From Ruminococcus albus 7 = DSM 20455 (lineage in GTDB: Bacteria > Bacillota > Clostridia > Oscillospirales > Ruminococcaceae): a stretch of DNA of 32,000 nt. Positions 16,781 through 25,779 of this stretch are shown here, in pieces. The stretch spans positions 2,700,001-2,732,000 of the forward strand of contig NC_014833.1 in NCBI RefSeq assembly GCF_000179635.2, read 5' to 3'. Under the pieces are notes generated by a model that was given only the letters and a program-made list of their open reading frames with translations, was not told the origin of the DNA and made no database searches. How positions within the stretch are numbered: position 1 is the first letter of the stretch; the number at the start of each line of letters is the position of its first letter. The position numbers and the translations under genes were made by a program.

Positions 16781-17594
16781 TTCACCCATCGGCGTTTTCG
16801 ATTCGGGAGTTGGAGGACTTACCTGCGTAAAGGAACTGACAAAGCTGCTTCCCCATGAGGATATCGTATACCTCGGCGACACAGCGAGAGTACCCTACGG
16901 CACCCGAAGCAAAGAGACCATTGCCAGATACACCGCACAGGATATGGAGTTTCTGCGTGGCCATGATGTAAAGATGATACTTGTAGCCTGCGGTACGGCT
17001 TCATCGGTAATAATGTCGAGTCCTGAGTTTTCAGGCAATACCGAGCCCAGCTACAGCGGTGTGGTAAAGCCCGCCGCCAATGCAGCCTGTGCTGCCACCA
17101 AAAACGGCAGGATAGGAGTTATCGCTACAGGCGCTACCATAAGGAGCGGAAGCTACGGCAAAGTGATACGCAGCATCGACCCCGATGCGAAGGTGATAGG
17201 CAAGGCTTGTCCCATGTTCGTGCCGCTGGTAGAGAACGGATACGTCGGCAAGGACTGCATACCGACAAGGTATTTCGCTGAGGAATACCTTGAATGCATG
17301 AAACGCGAGCAGGTGGATACACTGATACTGGGATGTACACACTACCCTCTGCTTGCTGACCTTATCTCCGACATAATGGGTGATGGCGTGAAGCTTATAT
17401 CCGCAGGTGCTGAGCTCGCAAGATTCGCGGTAAAGACCCTTACCTTCAGCGACAGCCTTGCAGACAGAGAAGAACAGGGCACGCAGAAGCTATTCTGCAC
17501 CGATACCCCCGAACTTTTCTCGGAGAATGTGGAAAGATTCCTCGGCGAAAGCTTTTCGGGAACAGTGGAGAAATGTGTGCTGAACACTAAATAG
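16773..17594 (+). CDS. murI: Glutamate racemase
   Basis: Trimmed to ATG 16773 (MNNSPIGVFDSGVGGLT). Catalytic Cys motifs ACGTAS and GCTHYP. The start overlaps the ddl stop by 8 nt (ATGAATAA). Confidence 0.93.
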   Translation: MNNSPIGVFDSGVGGLTCVKELTKLLPHEDIVYLGDTARVPYGTRSKETIARYTAQDMEFLRGHDVKMILVACGTASSVIMSSPEFSGNTEPSYSGVVKPAANAACAATKNGRIGVIATGATIRSGSYGKVIRSIDPDAKVIGKACPMFVPLVENGYVGKDCIPTRYFAEEYLECMKREQVDTLILGCTHYPLLADLISDIMGDGVKLISAGAELARFAVKTLTFSDSLADREEQGTQKLFCTDTPELFSENVERFLGESFSGTVEKCVLNTK

Positions 17595-17632
17595 TCCATA
17601 CAGCACCGATACCCGATGTTAGGAGAATTAGC

Positions 17633-18073
17633 TTGGATATTAAAGATGTTGATATAAAGCTGGTTAGCCGTCAGTATGAGGATTTTGACGACGACCCTGC
17701 GAATTACGAACAGACAGAAGTACTCTCGGTAGGCACATATAAAAAGACTGCCGACGGGTATGTTATAGAGTATGAAGAAAGCGAAGCTACGGGCTTTGAG
17801 GGATGTACCACAAGGATAGAGAGCTTCGGAAAGAAAAAAGTAGTGATGTCCAGGAGAGGCAGTGTTTCCTCGGAACTTGTCATAGAACCCGGAGAAAAGC
17901 ACCACTGTGTATACGGCACGCTTTACGGCAATTTTGAGGTAGGCGTAGAAGCCAGAAAAGTAAGCGACAAGCTGACAGATGACGGCGGCAGGCTAACCTT
18001 CACTTATGTGGTGGATGTCAACTCAGGACTCATAGGCACATTTGATATCGATATACAATTAAAAATAAGATAA
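17633..18073 (+). CDS. DUF1934 (YwiB-like) beta-barrel protein
   Basis: 146 aa. TTG start 6 nt after AGGAGA (17621-17626). The pattern VDIKLVSRQ...GTYKKTADGYVIEYEE...VMSRRG...YGTLYG, together with its position immediately upstream of argS, matches the Firmicute ywiB-argS pair. Confidence 0.75.
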   Translation: MDIKDVDIKLVSRQYEDFDDDPANYEQTEVLSVGTYKKTADGYVIEYEESEATGFEGCTTRIESFGKKKVVMSRRGSVSSELVIEPGEKHHCVYGTLYGNFEVGVEARKVSDKLTDDGGRLTFTYVVDVNSGLIGTFDIDIQLKIR

Positions 18074-18087
18074 ACGGAGGAAGTAAG

Positions 18088-19848
18088 ATGCAGGATCTGA
18101 TAAAGGAAGCATTCGCGCAGGCAAGGGAGCTTGTGCTGAAGGCACTGGGTCAGCTTGTGGCAGAGGAGGTATTCCCCGCTGAGGCTGTTCCCGCTTTTAA
18201 TATAGAAATACCCGCCGACCCCAAGAACGGCGACGTTTCAACAAATGCAGCTATGGTATGCGCAAAGCCTTTCAGGAGCGCACCCAGAAAAATAGCTGAG
18301 GCTATCGTCGGCAAGATAGATACCACAGGCAGCTGTTTTGATAAAGTCGAGATAGCAGGTCCCGGATTCATTAACTTTTACTACGGCAAGGGCTGGTTTG
18401 GCTCAGTAGTAAAGGCTGTTCTCGATGAGGGCAAGGAATACGGCAAGACTGATTTCGGCAAGGGCAAGAGAGCACTGGTGGAATTCGTATCCGCTAACCC
18501 CACAGGACCCATGCACATAGGTAACGCAAGAGGCGGTGCTATCGGTGACTGTCTGGCGGCTGTTATGGAATATGCAGGTTACGATGTAGAGAGAGAATTC
18601 TACATAAACGATGCAGGCAACCAGATAGAGAAGTTCGGAAAGTCCCTGAGATTGAGATATATGCAGATATGCGGCGACAAGGGTCAGGAGATAGTTGCAA
18701 AGAACCTTGATATGGATACCTTCTGTAAGACCATATACGAAGATACCGAAACTTTCCCCATGCCCGATGATGTATACCTCGGAATGGATATAATCGCACA
18801 CGCAAAGAATTTCTTTGACGAGTACGGCATGATAGCTTCTGCACAGCCCGAGGAGGAGTGCAAGAAAGCACTGGTAGACTACGCTCTGCCAAAGAATATC
18901 GACGGTCTGCACAAGGATCTTGCCAAGTACCGCATAAACTACGATACATGGTTCAGAGAGAGCACACTGCACAATGACGGCTCTGTTCAGGAAGTCATAG
19001 ATAAACTGAAAGCAGGCGGATACACCTATGAAAAGGATGGTGCCCTCTGGTTCAGGACTACCGATTTCGGTGACGAGAAGGACAGGGTGCTTGTAAGAGA
19101 CAACGGCATACCCACCTACTTCGTACCCGATATTGCTTACCACTACAACAAGCTGGCTGTACGTAAGTTCGATAAGGCGATAGATATCTTCGGTGCCGAT
19201 CACCACGGATATATCCCACGTCTGAAAGCCGCTATGACTGCTCTCGGCGTTGACGAAAAGAAGCTGGACATCGTTATCATGCAGATGGTAAGACTTGTAA
19301 AGGACGGCGAGACATACAAGCTGTCGAAGCGTTCCGGCAAGGCTATCACATTGAACACTCTGCTGGAGGAGATACCGATAGACGCGGCAAGATTCTTCTT
19401 CAACCTGCGTGAGCCAAACTCACAGTTCGATTTTGACCTTGACCTGGCTATATCAAATTCCAGCCAGAACCCCGTATACTATGTTCAGTACGCTCATGCA
19501 CGTATATGCTCCGTTATCAAGAAGCTGAAAGAGGAGAACATCGAAGCCAAGCCCTTTACTGCTGATATGGCTGAAGCTCTCAGCACACCCGAGGAACTGG
19601 AGCTTGTCAAGCTGATGGCAACTCTGCCCACCACAATAACCGAAGCTGCAAAGGCTTACGACCCTGCTAAGGTTACCAAGTACGCTGTGGATATCGCCAC
19701 ACTGTACCACAAGTTCTACAATGCCTGCCGTATAAAAGGCGAGGAAGAGAACGTTATGCAGGCAAGACTTGCCCTGTCACTGGCTGTAAAGCAGATAATC
19801 GCTAATATACTTGATATGCTGAAGATAGACTGCCCCGAGAGTATGTAA
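18088..19848 (+). CDS. argS: Arginine--tRNA ligase
   Basis: 586 aa. Class I HIGH motif PTGPMHIGNARG, KMSK-like KLSKRSGK, C-terminal anticodon-binding DALR region. GGAGG SD at 18077-18081. Confidence 0.95.
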   Translation: MQDLIKEAFAQARELVLKALGQLVAEEVFPAEAVPAFNIEIPADPKNGDVSTNAAMVCAKPFRSAPRKIAEAIVGKIDTTGSCFDKVEIAGPGFINFYYGKGWFGSVVKAVLDEGKEYGKTDFGKGKRALVEFVSANPTGPMHIGNARGGAIGDCLAAVMEYAGYDVEREFYINDAGNQIEKFGKSLRLRYMQICGDKGQEIVAKNLDMDTFCKTIYEDTETFPMPDDVYLGMDIIAHAKNFFDEYGMIASAQPEEECKKALVDYALPKNIDGLHKDLAKYRINYDTWFRESTLHNDGSVQEVIDKLKAGGYTYEKDGALWFRTTDFGDEKDRVLVRDNGIPTYFVPDIAYHYNKLAVRKFDKAIDIFGADHHGYIPRLKAAMTALGVDEKKLDIVIMQMVRLVKDGETYKLSKRSGKAITLNTLLEEIPIDAARFFFNLREPNSQFDFDLDLAISNSSQNPVYYVQYAHARICSVIKKLKEENIEAKPFTADMAEALSTPEELELVKLMATLPTTITEAAKAYDPAKVTKYAVDIATLYHKFYNACRIKGEEENVMQARLALSLAVKQIIANILDMLKIDCPESM

Positions 19849-19884
19849 CAGGCAGCCCGCATAGTTCAATTATTAAAACAGATA

Positions 19885-19920
19885 TCCCCCGCATCACTAT
19901 GATACGGGGGAATTTTTATT
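19885..19920. terminator. Terminator between convergent argS and the GGDEF*-EAL gene
   Basis: Stem tcccccg (19885-19891) / cggggga (19905-19911) with a 13-nt loop, followed by atttttatt on the plus strand. There is a weaker T-rich stretch on the minus side. Confidence 0.7.
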
Positions 19921-21994
19921 TGTCCACATTATTGTACATATACTTTTGTTCAAAGTCATCAAGAGGCATCGCCTTATCAAAGAGCCAGCCCTGTGCTTTG
20001 GTATAACCGCTCTGGCAGAGTATCGCTGCCTGTGCATCAGTTTCAACGCCTTCAAAGATTATATCCTTTTTGGCAGTATCGATAAGGCTGCACATATTCG
20101 CCACAAAGTCGCGGTCATTCTTGTTCTGCTCAATGTTGTCAATGAATGACTTGTCTATCTTCACAATATCAACAGGCGCATTCATAAGTACACTCAGGGT
20201 GGAATACCCTATACCGAAATCATCTATACTTACCTTGAAGCCCACACTGCGAAGCTTATCCATTACCGAGAACAAAGCCTGTGTGTCACCCGAAAAGCAG
20301 GATTCAGTGATCTCGATCTCTACATCACCCTTATCTACATCATACTTGTCAGCGGTTTTTATTATGTTTTCCACAAACTTAGGCTGAGTTATATGGTGCT
20401 GGCTGAAATTTACAGAAACAGGGATAATGCTTCTTCCGTCATGCTTCCATTTTTCAAGTGTGCGGAGCACCTCACCGTAAATGAAGAAATCAAGCTCATC
20501 TATATAACCAACTTTTTCCAGTACAGGTATGAACTCAAATGGCATCTTGTAGGTACCATTCGGGTTTCTCCACCTCGCCAGTGCCTCTGCACCGATAATG
20601 ACACGCTTTTCAAGGTGGAACTTTGGCTGCAGGAACATTTCTATCTGTCTGTTCTTTATTGCGGAATGAAGTTCGTTGCAGATCGACTGTTCATAAATTT
20701 TCTGCATCCTCATGCGCTGTGAATATATACCGCATAGAATACTGCTGGAGTGCTTTACGCTGCGCCTCGCCAGATTAGCGTTATCTATTGCTGTATTCAG
20801 CTCGATATCACCGTCAGGAAGGATATACATACCACAGGCGATCCTTATATCACCCGATGGAAATTTTTTCTTCTGCATTGTTGTGAATCTCAGGTTCTGC
20901 TGTTCAACGCTGCGTATCAGCGCTGCTCTGTTTTTTGAACGGCAAAGGCATATAAAATAATCCGAGTATATCCGACATCCCATTATATAACTTGCACCGC
21001 CGCGAAGGCAGGCTGTATAATCCCTCAGCATGGTATTTCCGGTCTCATAGCCGAAATTCTCATTTACGTATGAAAAATCGTTTATATCAGAGTATACGAT
21101 CGCATATACCATACCTTCCTGCCGCTCAGAAAGAGCATTAGCGGCATTCTGGGTAAAGCCCTTGCGGTTATAAAGCCCTGTGAGCTGGTCCGTCTGAAGC
21201 AGGAACCTGATATACTCCGAATCTTTATCAGACTTGGTAGTAAGAGTTTTCAGCTTCTGGATATTTGAAAGCCTGCCGAAAACTTCCGTTACCTTGCCCG
21301 ATTCATCGGCAAAGCTGATAAAAGCATCACTATACCAGCAATAGTCATCATCATAAGCCTTGGTTCGGAACTCCATTGTCCCTTTCATAGGTCTTTCCAA
21401 CGCTGACTTCCAGCCATCGAAATAAGCCTCGCAATCATCAGGATGCAGAAATTCCTCAGCTGCCCTGCTGCCCAGGAAGTTTTCCAGACAATTATCGTAA
21501 TCGAGCCTGAACCTTGTTATACTTACCGTAAGGTGCATGATATCGCGTTTAACATCATAATCGTAGTATACATCATCAGTATTTTCAGCCACCATATGCA
21601 GCTTATCACGCTGTTCTTCTACCTTGCGGATCAGCTTTTTATAAACATCATCTAGTCTGTCATGACAATTACAGTCACTCACGATGATATCTACACACTT
21701 TAAGTTCTTAACGATACCACAGCAGTGCACAAACATTGAAGAACCATCACGAGTAATTATATTGTGCCTGACACAGAACACTCCGCCAACTTCGGCAGCA
21801 GAATTTATCTGTGCTTCTATATCTTCACGGGCTTTGTCTTCAAACAGCGAGTAAAATGAAACTTCCTTTTCAAGCACATAATCAAGGCTGTATCCTGTTG
21901 ATCTGAAAAAATCATCATCCACAGATAATATCTTTCCACTATCAGTAAAATCAACACGGCAGACACCTGCATTCAGTCTGCAATTCTCGTCCAT
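19916..21994 (-). CDS. Cytoplasmic PAS-PAS / degenerate GGDEF / EAL protein (predicted c-di-GMP phosphodiesterase)
   Basis: The GGDEF-domain entry DQLTGLYNRKGF is present, but the active-site motif reads YSDYF (codons 20968-20954). The EAL domain has EALARW, SVNFS, EIEITE, DDFGIGYS, KIDKSF, EGVE and QGW. Confidence 0.88.
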   Translation of the reverse strand: MDENCRLNAGVCRVDFTDSGKILSVDDDFFRSTGYSLDYVLEKEVSFYSLFEDKAREDIEAQINSAAEVGGVFCVRHNIITRDGSSMFVHCCGIVKNLKCVDIIVSDCNCHDRLDDVYKKLIRKVEEQRDKLHMVAENTDDVYYDYDVKRDIMHLTVSITRFRLDYDNCLENFLGSRAAEEFLHPDDCEAYFDGWKSALERPMKGTMEFRTKAYDDDYCWYSDAFISFADESGKVTEVFGRLSNIQKLKTLTTKSDKDSEYIRFLLQTDQLTGLYNRKGFTQNAANALSERQEGMVYAIVYSDINDFSYVNENFGYETGNTMLRDYTACLRGGASYIMGCRIYSDYFICLCRSKNRAALIRSVEQQNLRFTTMQKKKFPSGDIRIACGMYILPDGDIELNTAIDNANLARRSVKHSSSILCGIYSQRMRMQKIYEQSICNELHSAIKNRQIEMFLQPKFHLEKRVIIGAEALARWRNPNGTYKMPFEFIPVLEKVGYIDELDFFIYGEVLRTLEKWKHDGRSIIPVSVNFSQHHITQPKFVENIIKTADKYDVDKGDVEIEITESCFSGDTQALFSVMDKLRSVGFKVSIDDFGIGYSTLSVLMNAPVDIVKIDKSFIDNIEQNKNDRDFVANMCSLIDTAKKDIIFEGVETDAQAAILCQSGYTKAQGWLFDKAMPLDDFEQKYMYNNVDK

Positions 21995-22044
21995 TCACTC
22001 ACCCCCTTGATATATGATACATAATATACTCTACTTACAATATG

Positions 22045-22073
22045 ATTATATCATGTTTTAATAATTTATTCAA
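22045..22073 (-). promoter_or_regulatory. Sigma-A promoter for the PAS-GGDEF*-EAL gene
   Basis: Reverse strand reads TTGAAT-17 nt-TATAAT with TGa. -35 at 22073-22068, -10 at 22050-22045. Confidence 0.55.
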
Positions 22074-22123
22074 GGGGCTAAACTAATTTTTAGTAATTTT
22101 ACACAATGTAAAGCCTTCGTTTT

Positions 22124-22636
22124 TTACAATTCAACAAATGTGAATTTTCCGTTTTCCAGGATAAGACAACTATGTGCAGAATTTTCCTTTGGGATAGATA
22201 CCGAGCCCGGATTGATATAGGTAAAATCACCGTGATCTTCCATAACAGGGATATGTGTATGACCGTGGAGAAGCACTGTACCTTTGCTCATTGGAGGCAG
22301 TATATCGCAGTTGAATTTATGTCCGTGGGTTGCGAATATTGTTAAACCGTCGGCATAGATAAAGGCATAATCTGCCAGTATCGGAAATTCAAGCACCATC
22401 TGATCAACTTCGGTATCACAGTTTCCTCGCACGCAAAGTATTTTATCCTTCATGGGATTAAGCATAGCTATGACCTTTTTAGGGTCATATCCCTCGGGAA
22501 GATCGTTGCGGGGACCATGATAGAGTATATCACCCAGCAGGAGCATTTTCTCGGCACCGCTTTTTTCAAATGCCGCCAGCATTCTCTCGCACCAGTACGC
22601 TGAACCATGTATATCGGAAGCTATAAACAATTTCAT
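22124..22636 (-). CDS. yfcE: YfcE-family metallophosphoesterase (MJ0936 family phosphodiesterase)
   Basis: MKLFIASDIHGS...LLLGDILYHGPRNDLPEGYDPKKV...VRGNCD...THGH...HGHTH aligns along its whole length with E. coli YfcE as I remember it. Confidence 0.85.
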   Translation of the reverse strand: MKLFIASDIHGSAYWCERMLAAFEKSGAEKMLLLGDILYHGPRNDLPEGYDPKKVIAMLNPMKDKILCVRGNCDTEVDQMVLEFPILADYAFIYADGLTIFATHGHKFNCDILPPMSKGTVLLHGHTHIPVMEDHGDFTYINPGSVSIPKENSAHSCLILENGKFTFVEL

Positions 22637-22640
22637 ATTA

Positions 22641-23924
22641 TCACATCTTTCTATTATCTTCTAAGACCTTATGTACTGCAGATACCAAGTACAGTGAACC
22701 GCATATCAATGTCAGACCACCTGCATTACTTTGTTTCATATTTTCGATTTCTATATACAGATCATTCTTCGCGGAACGAGCGTTTCCACCAAGGGAACAT
22801 ATCAGTTCGGCAAGTTCCTCCGCATTTTCTGCTCGGTCAGAAAAACCGTCAACTGTAACAAAGCTGTCAACATAGGGTATCAGCACCTTCAACGCTTCAC
22901 GTAGATTTTTATCGCGGCACATCCCTATCACAGCATGACAGGGACGCTTCCCTGCTATTACCCTAGCCAGTGCCCTAACACCGTCAGGATTATGACCGCC
23001 GTCCAGCAACACAAGTGGCTCATGTGAGAGTATCTCCGTCCTGCCGGGCAGTACAGCCGATGCAATACCCTCAGTGATATCCTCATCAGAAAGTTTCAGA
23101 CTGTCACGAAGTATCTCACAGCCCTCAATGACTGTCAGCGCGTTATCCGTCTGATGTATACCCGCCATTGATGTACGGAAGTTTCTGCCTTTGTAAATAA
23201 AGCTTGTTCCTTCTAGTCCTGTTTTTTGCACTTCAATTTGACTTTCCTCTGGTATAACCAGCTGTGAACCCATTTCTTCAGCCTTATCCGACACAACCTT
23301 TCTTACCGCATCGGTGTTAGCTGCGCTAAGCACACATGGCACTCCCTTCTTGATGATACCCGCCTTCTGGGCAGCTATCTGTTCAACAGTATCTCCCAGT
23401 ATAGCTGTATGGTCAAGGTCTACCTTGGTAATGACGGTCAGCATGGGCGTTGTTATGATATTTGTACAATCAAGCAAACCTCCCAGACCTGTTTCCAGGA
23501 CTACGATATCGCAGCCCTGTTCTTCAAAGTATAGAAATGCTATCGCCTGAGTAATCTCAAACTGAGAAAATCCCGTATCTTCGGGGAATTTTGACACTGC
23601 TTCATGGACTTTGCCTGCAAGTCTTGCAAGGGATTCGCTGTCGATATTTTTATCATTCACCTGTATCCTGTCAGAGTACTCTATGATAAACGGAGAGGTA
23701 AAAAGCCCTGTTCTGAGCCCTGCATGAACAAACACACCGTCAAGCATACGTGCCGTTGAACCCTTGCCGTTAGTACCTGCTATATGCACAAATCTCAGCC
23801 TGTCCTGAGGGTCACCCAGCGCTGACATAAGCATTTTTATTCGGCTCAGGTCTTTAACGGGCTTGCCCGAATGTGAGAACCCGAATATATATTCTATCGC
23901 CTTATCGTTACTGTTTTCAAACAT
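22641..23924 (-). CDS. folC: Folylpolyglutamate synthase / dihydrofolate synthase
   Basis: The ORF begins at TTG 23936. ATG 23924 has GGAG 6 nt upstream (that GGAG lies inside the TTG-extended ORF). P-loop HIAGTNGKGST and Mur-ligase middle and C-terminal domains. Confidence 0.9.
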   Translation of the reverse strand: MFENSNDKAIEYIFGFSHSGKPVKDLSRIKMLMSALGDPQDRLRFVHIAGTNGKGSTARMLDGVFVHAGLRTGLFTSPFIIEYSDRIQVNDKNIDSESLARLAGKVHEAVSKFPEDTGFSQFEITQAIAFLYFEEQGCDIVVLETGLGGLLDCTNIITTPMLTVITKVDLDHTAILGDTVEQIAAQKAGIIKKGVPCVLSAANTDAVRKVVSDKAEEMGSQLVIPEESQIEVQKTGLEGTSFIYKGRNFRTSMAGIHQTDNALTVIEGCEILRDSLKLSDEDITEGIASAVLPGRTEILSHEPLVLLDGGHNPDGVRALARVIAGKRPCHAVIGMCRDKNLREALKVLIPYVDSFVTVDGFSDRAENAEELAELICSLGGNARSAKNDLYIEIENMKQSNAGGLTLICGSLYLVSAVHKVLEDNRKM

Positions 23925-23978
23925 AATTTTCTCCAAAAATTATCCCCGAGAGAATATACCCTCGGGGAAGATTGATCA

Positions 23979-25223
23979 TCAGTTAGCATCGAAGCCGCCG
24001 CGGTTGAAGAACAGTTCTCTGATAGCCAGAGCACAGCCCGACAGGAAGCGGTGCTTATCTTCGATTATAGAAGTTTCGATCTTGCCTGCCACCAGAGGTC
24101 CGCCTATCTCATTGAGGGCGTTTCTGATGCGGTTGAAATCTACTTCGCTGTTGGTATGATTTGTGAAATGATGCAGCACTATCTTCTGAGGGTTGGTCGA
24201 GAAGTAAAGGTTGTTTATCAGCACTGCAGTGAGCTTTATCTCGCTGTCGATGACTTCCTTTACAGCCGGGTCATCCTTATCATATGCTGCCTGTACCATA
24301 TCCATATTAACGTTCTTGAAGTTGCCCTTGGAAGCTTCATACAGATAAGGTGTATTATCAGATGAATATACCTCGCTCAGCTTTACAAGTGTAGCCGCAG
24401 GAGTTATCTCGTTCTCAACGCAGCCGCGTCTGCCGCACTTTTCACATACTCTCTCGCTGTAAGGATTGATTATCATCTTATCAACGAAGCCTGTTCTGTT
24501 ATCGTATGAGAATATAGGCTCATTGAGGTTGGTAACAACGAAGTTCATGTTATTGCCGTACTGCAGGAAAGCGATATTCTGTCTGTTGGGATCCTTGGTC
24601 TTTAAGAAGTCTATATTCGCCATAGCCGTACCCTTTACAGAGTTATCGAATACCAGAGGCAGATCAGTATATCCTCTTATAAGGTTGCGCACCTTGGAAT
24701 AATCGGGTATACCATCCTTGACTTCAACACCAAGCTTATCATACATTGTCGGGAATACACCGAAACCAATGCCGAGGATAGAATTCTTATCCAGGCAGTT
24801 ATCAGCCAGTACTTCCTTTATAGACTTTCTTACGAAATCGAATATTGCATTGTACTCGATGGTGTGGTCAATCGAAAGATTCCTTTTATCCAGTACTGCA
24901 CCTGCCAGTGTGGAAAGACCAACACTTACGATATCCTCTTCAAGCGTTACACCTATAACGAACTTGTAGTGATGGTTGATATCTATAAGTATCTTTTTTC
25001 TGCCGCGGGGTGCCTTTTCGGTGATATGCTTATATTCGCCTATCTCCTGTATGATACCCTGTTCTATCATCTCGTTGGTAATTATCGTTACAGCCGCTCT
25101 GGTGAGTTCCAGAGTTCCTGCGATATCTATACGCGACGTAGGTCCTCTCTGTTTCAGTATTTTAAGAACTTGCATTCTGTTGCGCCTTTTCAGGTCAAGC
25201 TTACTTATGCCATGCTGTTCCAT
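23979..25223 (-). CDS. ROK-family transcriptional regulator (NagC/XylR-like)
   Basis: N-terminal winged HTH (RRNRMQVLKILKQRGPTSRIDIAGTLELTRAAVTIITNEMIEQG) followed by a sugar-kinase-like ROK fold with a Cys cluster (CEKCGRRGC). Confidence 0.85.
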   Translation of the reverse strand: MEQHGISKLDLKRRNRMQVLKILKQRGPTSRIDIAGTLELTRAAVTIITNEMIEQGIIQEIGEYKHITEKAPRGRKKILIDINHHYKFVIGVTLEEDIVSVGLSTLAGAVLDKRNLSIDHTIEYNAIFDFVRKSIKEVLADNCLDKNSILGIGFGVFPTMYDKLGVEVKDGIPDYSKVRNLIRGYTDLPLVFDNSVKGTAMANIDFLKTKDPNRQNIAFLQYGNNMNFVVTNLNEPIFSYDNRTGFVDKMIINPYSERVCEKCGRRGCVENEITPAATLVKLSEVYSSDNTPYLYEASKGNFKNVNMDMVQAAYDKDDPAVKEVIDSEIKLTAVLINNLYFSTNPQKIVLHHFTNHTNSEVDFNRIRNALNEIGGPLVAGKIETSIIEDKHRFLSGCALAIRELFFNRGGFDAN

Positions 25224-25396
25224 ATCCGTGTTCCCTCCGAACTGTTTTTTTCTTTCATAAAATTATACTAACTTAATATAATCTATTTGAAATTAATTAT
25301 ATCAGATAATTATTAACTCAGTATGAACATTCGATTAGCATTTAACTATCAATGCAAGTTTTACATTTTGTTAAAATTATTTTTCGTTTAGGACAA

Positions 25397-25429
25397 ATCC
25401 CACAAATTCCGAGCAGAAATTTGTGGGAT
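25397..25429 (-). terminator. Probable terminator hairpin after the ydbC-like gene
   Basis: Perfect 12-bp stem atcccacaaatt / aatttgtgggat with a 9-nt loop, 49 nt past the stop. The trailing U-tract is poor (ttgtcc). Confidence 0.45.
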
Positions 25430-25477
25430 CATACAATTTCTATTTAGTACTGAGCTGTTAAAAGATCGTCACAAGGA

Positions 25478-25726
25478 TCAAAGCATCTGATCCTCGTCAA
25501 TATCGTCCTCAACATCACCGTTGAGGATATCCTTCAGGGTAGCCAGTTCCTCATCGGTAAGTGTAACACCCTTAGCCATTCTGGTATGGTCAGGTGACCA
25601 GTCTCTGATATCGTACTTAGCAGGGTGATCGCCCCAGCTTACCTTGTTCAGTTCCTTTGTCCAGCCCTTAGCGTTTTCGGAAAGCACGCCTACATGCTCA
25701 ACGATCTCAAATTTCAATTCTGCCAT
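25478..25726 (-). CDS. YdbC-family PC4-like ssDNA-binding protein
   Basis: MAELKFEIVEHVGVLSENAKGWTKELNKVSWGDHPAKYDIRDWSPDHTRMAKGVTLTDEE closely resembles Lactococcus lactis YdbC (bacterial PC4 fold) as I remember it. Confidence 0.78.
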   Translation of the reverse strand: MAELKFEIVEHVGVLSENAKGWTKELNKVSWGDHPAKYDIRDWSPDHTRMAKGVTLTDEELATLKDILNGDVEDDIDEDQML

Positions 25727-25779
25727 TTTAACTCTCTCCTTAATGTATTATTAACTGTCAGCATCATGCCGACAGGCGA

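Noticed and set aside
11803-17594. A two-component system next to ddl, which could be a van-type glycopeptide-resistance cluster.
   Set aside because: There are no vanH, vanX or vanY-like genes. The regulator is NarL/LuxR-type rather than OmpR-type VanR. The ligase keeps the omega-loop Lys-Tyr dyad (FYDYDAKY) characteristic of D-Ala-D-Ala ligases. Finally, ddl is co-transcribed with murI and argS, which are housekeeping genes.
17595-18087. An expected T-box leader upstream of argS.
   Set aside because: The gaps are only 38 nt before DUF1934 and 14 nt before argS. That leaves no room for a T-box of 200 nt or more, so argS is read through from ddl-murI.
18403-19206. A 267-aa ORF antisense to argS. 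Similar long antisense ORFs occur at 29737-30441, 12514-13188, 13169-13741, 7648-8235 and 17342-17905.
   Set aside because: Each lies entirely opposite a gene with unmistakable conserved motifs. They have no SD or promoter. Their translations are low-complexity and Cys/Val/Tyr/Leu-rich with no recognisable domain. This is typical of stop-poor antisense frames in coding DNA.
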